Shown here piece after piece: positions 36,973 through 48,486 of a stretch of DNA of 64,000 nucleotides. A program made the translations under genes and the position numbers. Each line of letters begins with the position of its first letter. The stretch's first letter is position 1. A model generated the notes under the pieces. The model was not told where the DNA came from. It saw only the letters and a program-made list of their open reading frames with translations, and did not search any database. Location: contig JALDZX010000009.1 of assembly GCA_022813865.1 (NCBI GenBank), forward strand, positions 310,001-374,000, read 5' to 3'. This stretch comes from Xylographa opegraphella (taxonomy: Eukaryota).

Positions 36973-37453
36973 GCTATCGAGCGACGATGCTGCAGTGGTG
37001 CCATTATCAGGATATTGTGTGTTTGTTGTCATATATTTATCTTGTTCTACTACACTCGATAGATGTACGGTGTGCAAGTAAAAATAGATTCTCATAGACA
37101 TTCCTTCAATCTCCCCGTCTTGATTCCCAATACTGTCGATGTAAATGAGCCACGAATAATGGCATTCGTGTAGACCAGCTGAGGTAGACTTGACCGGCAA
37201 TTTGACATTGCAGCGACATCGTATTGAATCCGAAAGTATGTTGGGCAACTTCCACCAACCCCAGATATATCATCCCAGGGTCCGAACTTGGTTATCGAAA
37301 GCACGAAACCGCATGGGTGTGGTACGCCATGTTTAAGCTATTAAGGCTAGCGAGAAGGCTGACCGGACTGGGACTAACTATAGTCCGCACAAAAGTCGCC
37401 TCGGCTACGTGGACCTCTTCATCCATCCCGCACCGCTGGAGCTCCTCGATGGT

Positions 37454-39105
37454 ATGGCTCTCCTCCGGCGTCCATCGATGCTCCATAGATTCGCCTGTCC
37501 ATTCTCGGCCATCAATGGCTCCAGAAATGCCTATCGGCAACTTGCGACCGCAGCCATCCAGTCGCCCATTCTGCCACTGGCCGGCGTCAGAATTCTGGAT
37601 ATGACCAGGGTCCTGGCCGGGGTTCGTTGTACCTTCTGGACTTATTGAATAGAGATCCAATCGCTAATGCTGGTCGATAGCCATACTGTACCCAGATATT
37701 GGGAGATCTTGGGTAAGCGGCAGCAGACTCAGTAAGCTCTAGCTTTCAGCCCCACTCCTGGAAGCACGCAGCCCGTGATATGGAGTTTGGTCTGAAACTG
37801 TGTTCAGAGCAGAAGTGATCAAGATCGAGCATCCGACGAGGGGGGATGATACGAGGGCGTGGGGCCCACCATACGCCAAGCACGTACGAGGCGACAAGAC
37901 CGATGGGCCTGGGGAAAGCGCATACTTCTTATCGGTCAGAGCCGGGAGGTCTTTGTAATCCGTCAGAACTGACAGCTGAGCTGCTGCTTCTAGGTCAATC
38001 GGAACAAGAAATCCCTCGGACTCTCCTTTGCACATCCGGCGGGTGTGGAGGTCCTCCATAAGCTGGCCCGGACCTGTGATGTGCTCGTGGAGAACTATCT
38101 GCCAGACACTTTGAGGAAGTACAGCATGGACTTCGAGACTATCCATGAATTGAATCCAAGCCTTATATATGCTAGCATCACTGGATATGGACAAACGGGT
38201 CCGTATCGTAAGAGAGCAGGGTATGATGTGATGGTAGAGGCCGAGATGGGCCTGATGCACATTACCGGTTCGAGAGACGGCCCTCCAGTCAAAGTCGGCG
38301 TTGCCGTGACGGATTTGACAACAGGCTTGTACACGTCGAACTCGATCATGGCCGCATTGCTAGGTCGAGCGAGAACCGGCCAAGGCCAGCATATTGATGT
38401 GGCCCTGAGTGATTGCCAAGTAGCTACACTAGCCAACATGGCCAGCTCAGCTCTCATAAGCGGCCAGCCGGACAGTGGCAGATGGGGAACGGCGCACCGT
38501 AAGACGATGAATGTGTCTGACGTCGGGGCTAAGCTAAGCTGAAGCAGCCTCCATTGTTCCCTACAAGGCTTTCAAGACAGCTGATGGCGATGTCCTGCTC
38601 GGTGGCGGCAACGACAGGCTTTACGGCGTCCTGTGCGACAGGCTTGGAAAACCCGAGTGGAAGACCGACGCCCGCTTTCTCACGAACAGCCTCCGCGTGG
38701 AGAACCGAACCGTGCTCGAAGCCATGATCGAGTCGATCACCAAGTCGAAGAGCACAAGCGAATGGCTGGATATCCTCGACGGCAGTGGCATGCCATATGC
38801 AGCTGTTAACGACATCCAAGGCACGCTGAACCACGAACACGGTACGTTCCTCTGTCGCGTTATTCCCGATCCCAGAGATACTGATCCTGGTAGTCCTCGC
38901 CCGCGGTATGGTGGCAGAGGTCGAGCATCCGGCGTGCGGGCCCATGAAGCTCGTCAACACGCCAGTGAAGTATTCCTTTTCCGAGCCCGGAATCCGCACC
39001 CCTCCACCGCTGTTGGGCCAGCATACCGATGAGGTCTTACGGGACGTGCTCGGTATGGGGAATGCTGAGATCCGGGGTCTGCGCGCCGAGGGCGTGGTAG
39101 CGTAG
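37454..39105 (+). CDS. CoA-transferase family III (CaiB/BaiF-like), probable mitochondrial presequence
   Basis: [59 protein letters not shown] and PPLLGQHT. Five GT-AG introns. Confidence 0.92.
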
Positions 39106-40127
39106 GGGGGACTCTGGGCGTCATGGCATTGCACGAAGCTACGAGGTGGTGTGTATTTGCTCAACTGGGAAGCGCGCTCACAGAAATGGGGATGATTATT
39201 TCCTCGACTACTTCTACTGCTCGCTGAACCGTGTCCCCTGATCAACGTCCGATGCGAGCACATTGCATCCCAAGGACCGCCTCCTGCAACGGGCAAATTT
39301 CCCCATCCGCCAACCCTTTTTTCCATCGACCCTCACGACTATATGATGTTCTGCCACCTATACTTAATCCAAAATCCTGTTCGCACCTTCCGGTATGCAC
39401 CGTTCACCCTCAAAACTTTACCGCCAGCTCGGGCGAGGCGAATGCAGTCCATCCTCCAAGTCTCGTACGAAACCCTCAGACGAGAAGGAACTCCCACGCA
39501 AGCCGTCTCCCCTCAAACGCACGTGAGCATGTAGAGCCGAGAAGATATCGCACCTGGCATGAAGAATTCCTTTGCGAGAAAAAGGGGAAAGGGGGGGGGG
39601 GGCGTATCTTGCCCGCTCTAGCTTCCTATATGAAAGATACAAGACGCGGGTTTTTCGTACCTATTCACTCGTCGGAGCGTTCAACGTGACGACTACGTAA
39701 AATACCAAGGGATAGGGACGCATCAAGGACGTAGGATGACAGCTACTATCGTAGTACCCCTCCCAGGAAGTTCTTGATTGAAACCCCTCAATCCATGCAC
39801 AAGCCGTTTCGTAGCCAGCACGGAGATAAACATGTTTCCTATGTATGCATCCGCGAGAAAACAATCTAAGCTACACCGCGGCACATGCTATTGAGACTCG
39901 AGACAGCCGAGTTGCCTCATTGCCTCACGCAGGGACCCAACAGAAGCTGCAGCGACAAGCAAGAACACCCCCATTTCAGCCAGCGGGCAATGGCGCAAAC
40001 TCGTAGTCAAACAACGCCGCGCTGCATCATACCCAATCGTGCTCGTCGTGATCCGAAGTTTCCAAATACCCATATGCTCACACGCCAGAACCGCAGAGAT
40101 TGCTACGGAGCAAATCTGCCTTTGGGA

Positions 40128-41515
40128 TCAATGTCCGTTGCTCTTCACCTTCTTGCTGCCTTCCGGCTCTTTCTCCAATGATTCTCCCTCTCTCTTCTTT
40201 CCTTTACTGCCACTCACTGCACCGGCCTTGGTCCGGCGCCAGTTGTCAAAAGGGCTTGCCGTTCTACCATGCTTGACAACAAAGCGAGATTTCACCTCCA
40301 CGGTCTCAGGACCCATGGGCGAACTGTCCAATGCTGCTTTTTTGGTGCTGGCTCTTGTGGCACGGCCGGTGCTCGGAGGTGATGTTGGAGTGAACGATGG
40401 CTTGACGGGAGTGACAAGAGCCTCTTCCCCAGTCTCGGGTGCCAACTCGGTCATATCGCTATCGTGTGCGTGAGGATCTTCGATGTCAGTGACTGCCTCT
40501 TCGTCGGTAACGCCTGTGTCCGGGTGCTCTGTCTCCGGTTGAGGCGTATTGGGAAAGAGAAGTCGAGGCTTGATGGACGAACGAGTGAGAGGTCGATGAC
40601 CTGTGGAGCCTTGGGCAGGCGACACAGCCATCTCATCGGATTCATGGGCATCTGGATCAACCTCGAATTTACGGTAGATCTTTTTGCCGCGGCTGGGAGA
40701 CGTTAGCTCTATTCATTCCATCGGGAAAGTACAACTCACAAGACGTAGACCATGCCTTCGTCGCGTTTGAGCATCTCTTGCACTTCTTCATTGTGGTTGG
40801 GTTCATCGTTGACCTTTCTCCTCTTCCCAGCACGTTTGGTAGTCATCGGTTCCGTGCAAGGTTTCACATAGAATGGGTTGTCTTCGCTCTCATCCACCTC
40901 AGGAAGCCTATCCTTTGAGTCTGTGTAGATCTCGATTTTTCCTTCCGAACTTCCATCTCCGTCATCGAAGCTATCTAGCGAAAAGCCGATATGCTTCTTA
41001 GGTCTCCTTCCATGCTTCGTTGGAGTAGGCATAGCTTCATCAATGTTATCTGGTCGATTGGGGAATAATACTCTGGCAGCACCAGTAAGAACCGGCTGTG
41101 TGTTTCGCTTCCGAGGTGTTTTGGCAGGTGTCGGTAGCATCATCGTCGGATCCACCGTGAGGTTATTCGGAGCATGGTGGGGGTTTACATCTTCAGTAGG
41201 CCCAACAACATCGTTCCCAAGGTCTGACTGCTCCTTGGTGCTTCTCCGAATACGCTTCTGTGGAGAGGTTTGTGTTGATGAAGGAGGCGAATATGTATGT
41301 GCTACCGAACGGACTGCAGAGCTTTTCTGGGAGGTTCGAGCATTTCTCTTCTGCGGTACAGGAAGTGAGTCCGGCGATGGCGTTCTCGCAGCGCGTTGTG
41401 TCATGAAGCGCGTACTTTTGCGAGTATTGTAGGTTTGATAAGAATCGTATTTGGCTCCGTGCAGCGGTGTAGGCGGGGTTCGCACTGCCGAGAGCATCGG
41501 AGGAGTTGTGGCCAT
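40128..41515 (-). CDS. Disordered S/T-P-rich protein, Rum1/Sic1-like CDK inhibitor candidate
   Basis: Intron 40693-40739 joins the two ORFs and creates EGMVYVFRGKKIYRKF. Also LPTPAKTPRK, DNPF, IKPRLLF and many TP/SP sites. Confidence 0.75.
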
Positions 41516-42599
41516 TGCCTCGACCACCGATTGTAGCTCTTTCGCAATATCTCAAGTCGCGCCTTCTCGTTGTCGCAAACGTAAGGGACAAAAAAAAGTA
41601 TCTTCGGGTATTGGGTAGAGTTTAGAGGTTGCCTCGATTGTTGTTTCGAATTCGTAAGTGTCACTTGATCAGAAGGGGATAATAAGCTGGTCTGAATTAC
41701 AGCAATGAAGGCGGAAGGCAAAGACCAGAGCAAGGGATTATGCTATGGCATGTGGTAGCAATGGTCTAAAGGGATGAAGTGAAGATTCTCGTCCTGATAT
41801 GGAGGCTGGGTTCACAAACGAAGGCTGGTCGAGTGCCAAGCCCGCCAAGCAGATGAGGTCAACAGTGCCTGTGATTGGCTGTGCCGAGGACAGTGTTTCA
41901 ATTCACTGCAACGGCCATCTCAGGCAGGACGAAGTGTTGTTCAACCACCACTCAACTACAACCGTCTAATCAAACAAGGCCAAGTGGAAGTAGAGTAATT
42001 AGCCACAAACCTCTTACCACAAGACCTCGATTCTACTGACCAACTAGGCCAAAGCCCTGCGGCGCACTTCCATTGTCCACCTATTTCCGCTTTTCGATAC
42101 TTGATTCTATACCCATAGCCCAGCTTGAAGCATATTGTAGTCTAGTTCTGGGGGTCAACAGTTCTTGTCGGCCTAGACTTCATGGTAATAGAGTAGAGCG
42201 CGTCCCGACGTTCTGCCTCTTTCAACACGTGCTCACGACCGATAGCTCAGTGTTTTATTACAGTATAATGGTGTCTTAGATTCTCAAAACACAGAGATAC
42301 ACTTCGGGGTATAGTATAAACACAGACTGAGATGCCACAGCCCATTCCAGACTAAGGAAAAGAACAGAAACTTTCTGAAGCCTGTCTCGCATCGGTGATT
42401 ATATACAAAGGTTGCGATCGATCAGATCCTCCAGGACAATCAACCCAGAAGCTGCCCCCGCCTTGGGTATGAGGCCGGGAATAGTACAAGTAGTAGTCAA
42501 AGCAATGCCAACTCCTGTTTCCCAAAACGCCGGTCCACCGCTATCTATCGCTTGTGAAATCAATTCGTAACCTCGTCCGGCTCCCCGGCAGCCTCTCCG

Positions 42600-44666
42600 T
42601 CACCCATCTCGTAAAGGCCAGATGTCGTCCTCGTGGGAGTCTCTCCGATCAGTCGAGATGGGGGATTGCTCTTCGACCGATCGCTCATTGCCCGTAGCAC
42701 TTGTCGGGCTGATTGTCAATGGGGGACTGCTTGGTAGCCAGCCGCCGTGCCCGAGGCCTGCGTCATCGCTCCTTCTGTGGCCCATCTCCACGTCCCCTTG
42801 GGTGTTGATACGGTGCGTAAAACCGTCTGGAGGTGCTGTGAGGGCGCCGCAACAGGCACCGAGACAGGTTGGTGACCAACGGACAAGATGGTTGCGGATT
42901 TCACGCTCGGCGTTTCGAGCCTCGTGCCGCTGCTGCCACGATTTTGCGAGTCCCCGCCGTGCGACCCCTATGAGGGCCGTAAGGGCGAAGAACGTGGCCT
43001 CGCTGCGGGTATTTGCTTCCTTTTCGAGCTTGTCAAGCCATGTGGATGCTTGTCCTAGGTTCACATGGAACGAGCTGTCTGGTGGGGCTCCGCCTCGGCC
43101 GGCAGTCACATTGAGTTTGCCAAGGTGGTCGCGAAGTGAGTCGGGCGACCAGCGGGATTTCGATATTGAAGAGGATGCGAGGTAGAGGACGGAGGTGAGA
43201 AGGTGGAGGTGTATGGTCGCTAAAGAGAATATGTCAGAGGGGTAGGGATCTGGAATTGCATCGTGGGAGAAGGTATTGAGAACCGTGGTTCTGGTGCCGG
43301 GGATGGTCGTCTTTTCCGAGGTTCTAGAAGCCGTTGTATGACTAATAGAATTATTCCTCGCCGTCGATATGGGAGAGGTGGGTATTGAGAAGGAGACCGA
43401 AGCAATTGGGGAAGTGGGGGTGACGGAGGGTGTGACTGGTGTTATGGGATCGTAAAACTCGTTATCCAAAATGCCAGTTGGTTGATCGGGAGATGTCGCT
43501 GAGGTAGTGGTGGTGTTAGTTGCGAGTTTCAGGAGCCGAGTTGAATTAGAGTTTGTCCGTGGTCGAGATGGAACCAAGGAAGGAACCTTGTACGTAGTTT
43601 CTTTGGGATTCTTGAGACGACGATTTGTCCGCCCACCACCGTGAAGCGTGGTGCGGAGAGGAGCCACTTCCTGAATGATCGGCTTCCGCTGCCATTTTTC
43701 TGGTGGTTCGTATTCGTAGGCTTCCTTTTTGTATACAGGTTCCACTTCCTCCAGAGCATCCATCGCTGCGTATTCACCAAGAAAGATAGTGTTCCGTTCG
43801 TCCACGAAGATATTAGAGGGGCGAATGGACTGGTGCGCATAACCGCTTTCATGAAGATATGCTACCGCTTCTGTGAGGCAGTGAACCCAACGGATCAAAA
43901 TTATTCGCTTCTCAGGTTTGCTAAGTCCCCTAAAAGACTTCGGAGGATCCTCGAGGAAAGACTTGAGTGAGGTATCGCACATAGGACCGAGCAATACATA
44001 TGCGTATTTGCCTTGGGTGTATGTGGACCACACAGAAAGAAGGTGAGGATGTTGAAGGCTCTGCAATGCCTTAAAGTGCATCACAAAATGAACCTTGTCG
44101 ACTCCAAATTCTCCTTCTAGGTCCATTCGTCTCCGGAAGTACATCTTGTCTGCTATGCATACTTTGTCGACGTCGTCACTTGATAAGAAGCCCCTGGACT
44201 TCTTCGTAGGCTTGACCGGTATAATATCATCAGGGCCATAATCTACATGCTTTCCAGGCCCGAGTTCTTGAATGGTGAAATGAAACTGGCGACGAAAGAA
44301 CTTTTTATCCAAAGCAGTACTTTTGCCAGAACTGAGATTCAATTCCGAGATCTCTGCTTCAGCAACAGGTCTATTGGACGATTAGTCATTGACTCGGATA
44401 AGAAGCAGAATCACATACAAATCCGAATCGTCCAAGGACTTATCGATGATCTTGAAGATATTCTCAGAACACCCTATATCGTCCAAGATCAAGAAAAGAC
44501 GCTTGCAGTAAGAAATTATCCAGTCCAGATACGTAGCATTGGTGAGACCTTGACCGAAAGCAATGGGCATATGAAGCTTTGCATGGTGCTTTGGTCCGAG
44601 CTTCTCGAGGATGTATACACTCTTGACAACGGCATCAACCTTGTCGTTGGTCCACCAGTCGGTCAT
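42600..44666 (-). CDS. Fungal protein-kinase-like protein, predicted pseudokinase
   Basis: N-terminal domain FGQGLTNATYLDWI...KRLFLIL. Intron 44371-44418. Kinase-fold motifs LQHPHLLSV, AVAYLHE and SDIFSL, but HQSIRPSN and GEYAA replace HRDxxxxN and DFG. Confidence 0.82.
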
Positions 44667-47201
44667 GGCTATAGTTGTTAAAACAGCACGTGAACCGCGA
44701 CCATGGAGAATATTTTGTCGCGTGATGATTGGTGTTGATGATCGCCGTAGACCGAAGAAAATTGCAGGTGATGCTCCTGGGTACTTTGAATACGGGCACT
44801 GATACTCTATGAAGAGGAGCTCAGCGATTGACGATCTCGCCTATGGTGAATTTGATCGAGACCGAACGGCAAGCTTATAGCCTGTTACTCGCAAGACAAT
44901 GGATGAATGGTATTCCACTGTCAACAGTCCAACTCATGGTAATCCTCATGAAGACGTCTTGACAAGGTTGTAAAGGAAACCATCTGCAAGTGATGTTGAT
45001 CTGGCGTCCGCCCTATGCTAGCAATAAGGTATAAAGAGACGAAGCGTTGGATAGGTAAGCCTGATCGAGGTGATGACAAGCCAGATGGGGGACAGTTGAC
45101 ACGAAGTAGGTTGAGGTGCGTCCTGTTTAAACGTGTCAAACACCCCATTCGCCGGACACTGCGGCTTGCATGATTAGCCTCAATTCACAAGGCGCTCGGA
45201 AATGTCGAAGGGACATTCATGCTCCGGAGGAGGCGCCAGATGATTGGCCTGAGCTTGAAGGTCGGTGGAGCTCGACGTTTTCTCCACTGCTTGTCCTTTG
45301 GCCCCACGGCGCTGTCAAGACCACGCCGCACAATGCCTTACCAGCCACATGGCATCACAGCTCGGCTCAATGGGGAACTCCGATTGTACGAGGAAGGTCG
45401 AGAGGTCTGTCTGGTGTGATGCTGGCGAGCTTCCAGAGCGCACCTGCTGTCGTACTCGCTGGCCCCAAGGCCCCCCCTCTCCATCCACACTTGCGTCTTC
45501 TGATCGTCCGGCTCGATAGGACGCCCATGGTTCAACGACGAAAGCCCGATCGGAGCTCGAACGTGATTGGATTTGCTGGCTGCATCGACGAGAACCAATC
45601 CAATGGTGAGGTCTGCCGTGTCATGCATGGGATGCTTGCTTGCCTCGAGATCAATGGAGGATCCCTCATGCTCTGCCGTAGGCACAGGATCCGGCCCAAC
45701 TTTTCCAATCAAGATAAGCAATTGCAAGCGTGGGGTCCAGCGGTGCTGAGCCGTGGTACGACCTGCCCCCGAGAGCCCTAATCAGCGGCCTCGCAGTGCC
45801 TGTCCCGGGGGCTTAGCCGCCGTAGTGTGGGGCGAGCTGCAGCTGTGCCAGGGGGATCGACTACCGACAGCCTGCACGGCGTTTGGGCTGTGAACTAAGG
45901 TAGGTAAGGTGGACTACGACTACCTAACCTACACGCCATACGGACTGGGTAGGTATGTGGTAGGCAGAGAGATAGATACCTTATCGATGCAGTGTGTAAG
46001 CGATTATAGGCTTCTTTCGTACCTGCCTCTGCTGTGACGAGGTTGTCGACATTCATTGAAGGAAACAAGAGTGGTAATTGAAATCATATGGGAGCGGCAG
46101 ACTCATGATGTCCACGAGTTGTTCTTTTTTACAGCGAATGGGATATTCTTCATCCCAATCGCCGTTGGGATCAGTTCTTCATCCTGCTCTGACCCAAAGG
46201 CATCTTGGCGATGCCGCAGCCAGGCCTATTGCGTGTGGCCGAGCCCGCCCGAATGGCAGGCACGGGAGGCACCTGGGTCGAGCCACATCTGGTACACGTT
46301 AGCATCAAGCTTACGTGTGTGGACGTGGAGCTGAAAGGCCATACATTGGGAATAGCGGTCCGCTGGCGGGAGGTGGCTTTCACCCTCCCAGTGCCGCAAA
46401 AAGATTGAGGCCTAGCCGCCTCAGAGGCCGTGACCTCATATATATATATAAAGATATATTCATATATACAAAATCATTTATATAAGCCTAGAGAGCAGGC
46501 CGCTGCCCGGTACGAGAGTCCACCACGAGGTGGACCTCTCGACCGGTGCAGGAGTTGAGGTTGAACTGAGATCGTGCAAGGACGCGTCAAGTTCAGATCT
46601 GGACATGATACCGCTGACCTAAGCGCCGCGACAGGCAGCACCGAAAGCGTTGGGGCTACCGCTATTACGGAATTTCATACGGGGAAGCGTACTTGAGACC
46701 AGCGGGCAGCTAGTTCTGTCCAGCTACATGACGGGACCGAGAAAGGAGATGCTCTGCTCCGCAGAGCATGACGTCTAACAGCTTTCCTGACGTATCAATA
46801 CTGGCTGTCGTCGTAAGAAGTCCATCGCCGTGCAACTAACGACCGACGAACTCGACACAGGTGCCGCCGACAGGAGTGTGACATGAGCTCAGTCACGGCA
46901 ACGGACAAAGCCTCCGCTGCGGGTCCGGCCTTTGGTGTCGGCTGCTGATATCGAAAGCAAGAAGCAAGGTCACGTCGGTAAGTTTATATCATACTCTGCT
47001 CCCTGAGCGGAGTATATCACATGGCCGCTGATAGATCACATGTTGCAGAAGCGTATCAGAAGCAAACGCGATGGACAATCCGAATACCTGAACGCAACGT
47101 TATTCTCAACGAGTGAGTCGAGCTTCATTCGTCTACCCACGCATAGATACACAATCACAGCACATCGGAAATAACGCTGTTTGTTCGATCTTTTTCGTCT
47201 C

Positions 47202-47669
47202 TCATCGTCTCCCACTCCCTCTACTGCCTCCTCTACTCCCACTTCCCCCTCCCCCTCCTCTTCCCCCGCTCCCTCCACTCCTTCCACCTCCTCTTCCCTC
47301 ACTTCCTCCACTCCTTCCACCTCCTCTTCCCTCACTTCCTCCACTCCCTCCCCCTGTTCCACTTGGACCGGCCCCGCCAATCCCTCCCATCTCTCCGCTC
47401 CCAAACCTCCCATTCCAATCCGGATCGTCCAGGTAAAGCTTTAGCAACCTCTGTACCGGCAAGCCCTTTCCACCAGCCACCTCCCACGGCCGCTCCGGGT
47501 CCAGCACCCAATAAGACCGCACCACCTCAGTCGCTACGCTCCGTCAGCCGCCCACTGCCGCACTGCGGTCCGAGCCCGACAAGGAAGAGGAAGAGGTAAA
47601 GGAAGAAGAGGTAAAGGAAGAAGAGGTAAAGGAAGAAGAGGTAAAGGAAGAAGAGGTAAAGGAAGAAGC

Positions 47670-47705
<36 letters not shown>

Positions 47706-48486
47706 AGAAGGAGAAGAAGAAGAAGAAAGAAAAGATCCACTCACGAAGCTCCCAGCTGACCATCGGCACCCGCGTGCCCCACACCTCATACATCAACTGT
47801 TCGTACCTGGCCGTGCGGTCGATATACCCAGCCATATTGGCGTCGAAGAGCTGCTGCCGCAGCAGGGCGGCCTGGGTCCGAGGCACGGGCCGCCGCGCCC
47901 CGATGCGGTCGATGATCTTCTGCAGCAGCACCATCTGGCCGCCGCCTCCGGCGGCCGTGAAGGCGGTGACGGCGTCGAGCAGCACGCCCTTGCCCGTGGC
48001 CGGGTCGAGCAGCTGCTCGTTCGTCAGCTGCGAGGTGCCGAGCGGGAAGGTGGCGAGCCCCTTGTCGCTGCCCTCGATGGGCAGCATGCGGCCGAGCTGG
48101 TTGGTCGGGATGGCCTGGGGCGTGTTCCCGTGGCTGTGCTCCATGAGCGAGGGCGCGAGGATGACGGCGTTGCGGGGAAGGCCGGACTTGATGGCCCAGA
48201 TGTTGGTGATGTACGGGATGCCGATGTCGATGCGCGTGTTGGCGAACGGCGACGGGAGGTTGCGGAAGTAGAGACGCACGGTGCTGAGGGGCAGGGTGCC
48301 GGCGGCGCCGATGTTGGCGGGGGGGGTGGGCGGGATGGGAATGCGCTGGCTTTTGTCGATGAGGAATTCGAGGAAGACGTTGCGGGTCAGGGGGTCGGAT
48401 GCGTCGGGGTTGGTGCCAGTGTCGGCGGGGTGGGCGAGGGGGAGGGTGGTGCTGAGAAGGGCAAGGAGGACGAGGGCGCGAAGCAT
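47202..48486 (-). CDS. Orphan secreted protein with Gly/Ser/Arg-rich C-terminal tail
   Basis: Signal peptide MLRALVLLALLSTTLPLAHP and strongly GC-biased codons. A phase-1 intron at 47534-47744 (gtgagt...gctgac...tag) joins WELP to TEVVRSYW...GGRSGGSEGRGGG. Confidence 0.7.
47581..47733. repeat. Purine-rich compound repeat: (aggtaaaggaagaag)x4 + (GAA)n, intronic
   Basis: Read directly from the sequence. It lies wholly inside the predicted 47534-47744 intron. Confidence 0.9.

Noticed and set aside
46540..46630. Partial resemblance to a fungal TPP riboswitch (CCGGTG...CTGAGAT...GATCTGGA...ATACC)
   Set aside because: Lacks the ACTTGAT and AGCGAAAGG core spacing and is not in an intron of a thiamine-related gene.
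47581..47670. CRISPR-like periodicity
   Set aside because: Head-to-tail 15-bp units without spacers, in a eukaryotic intron.
47527..47789. Poly-Phe, poly-Leu and poly-Ser ORFs
   Set aside because: Artefacts of the intronic TTC-rich repeat.
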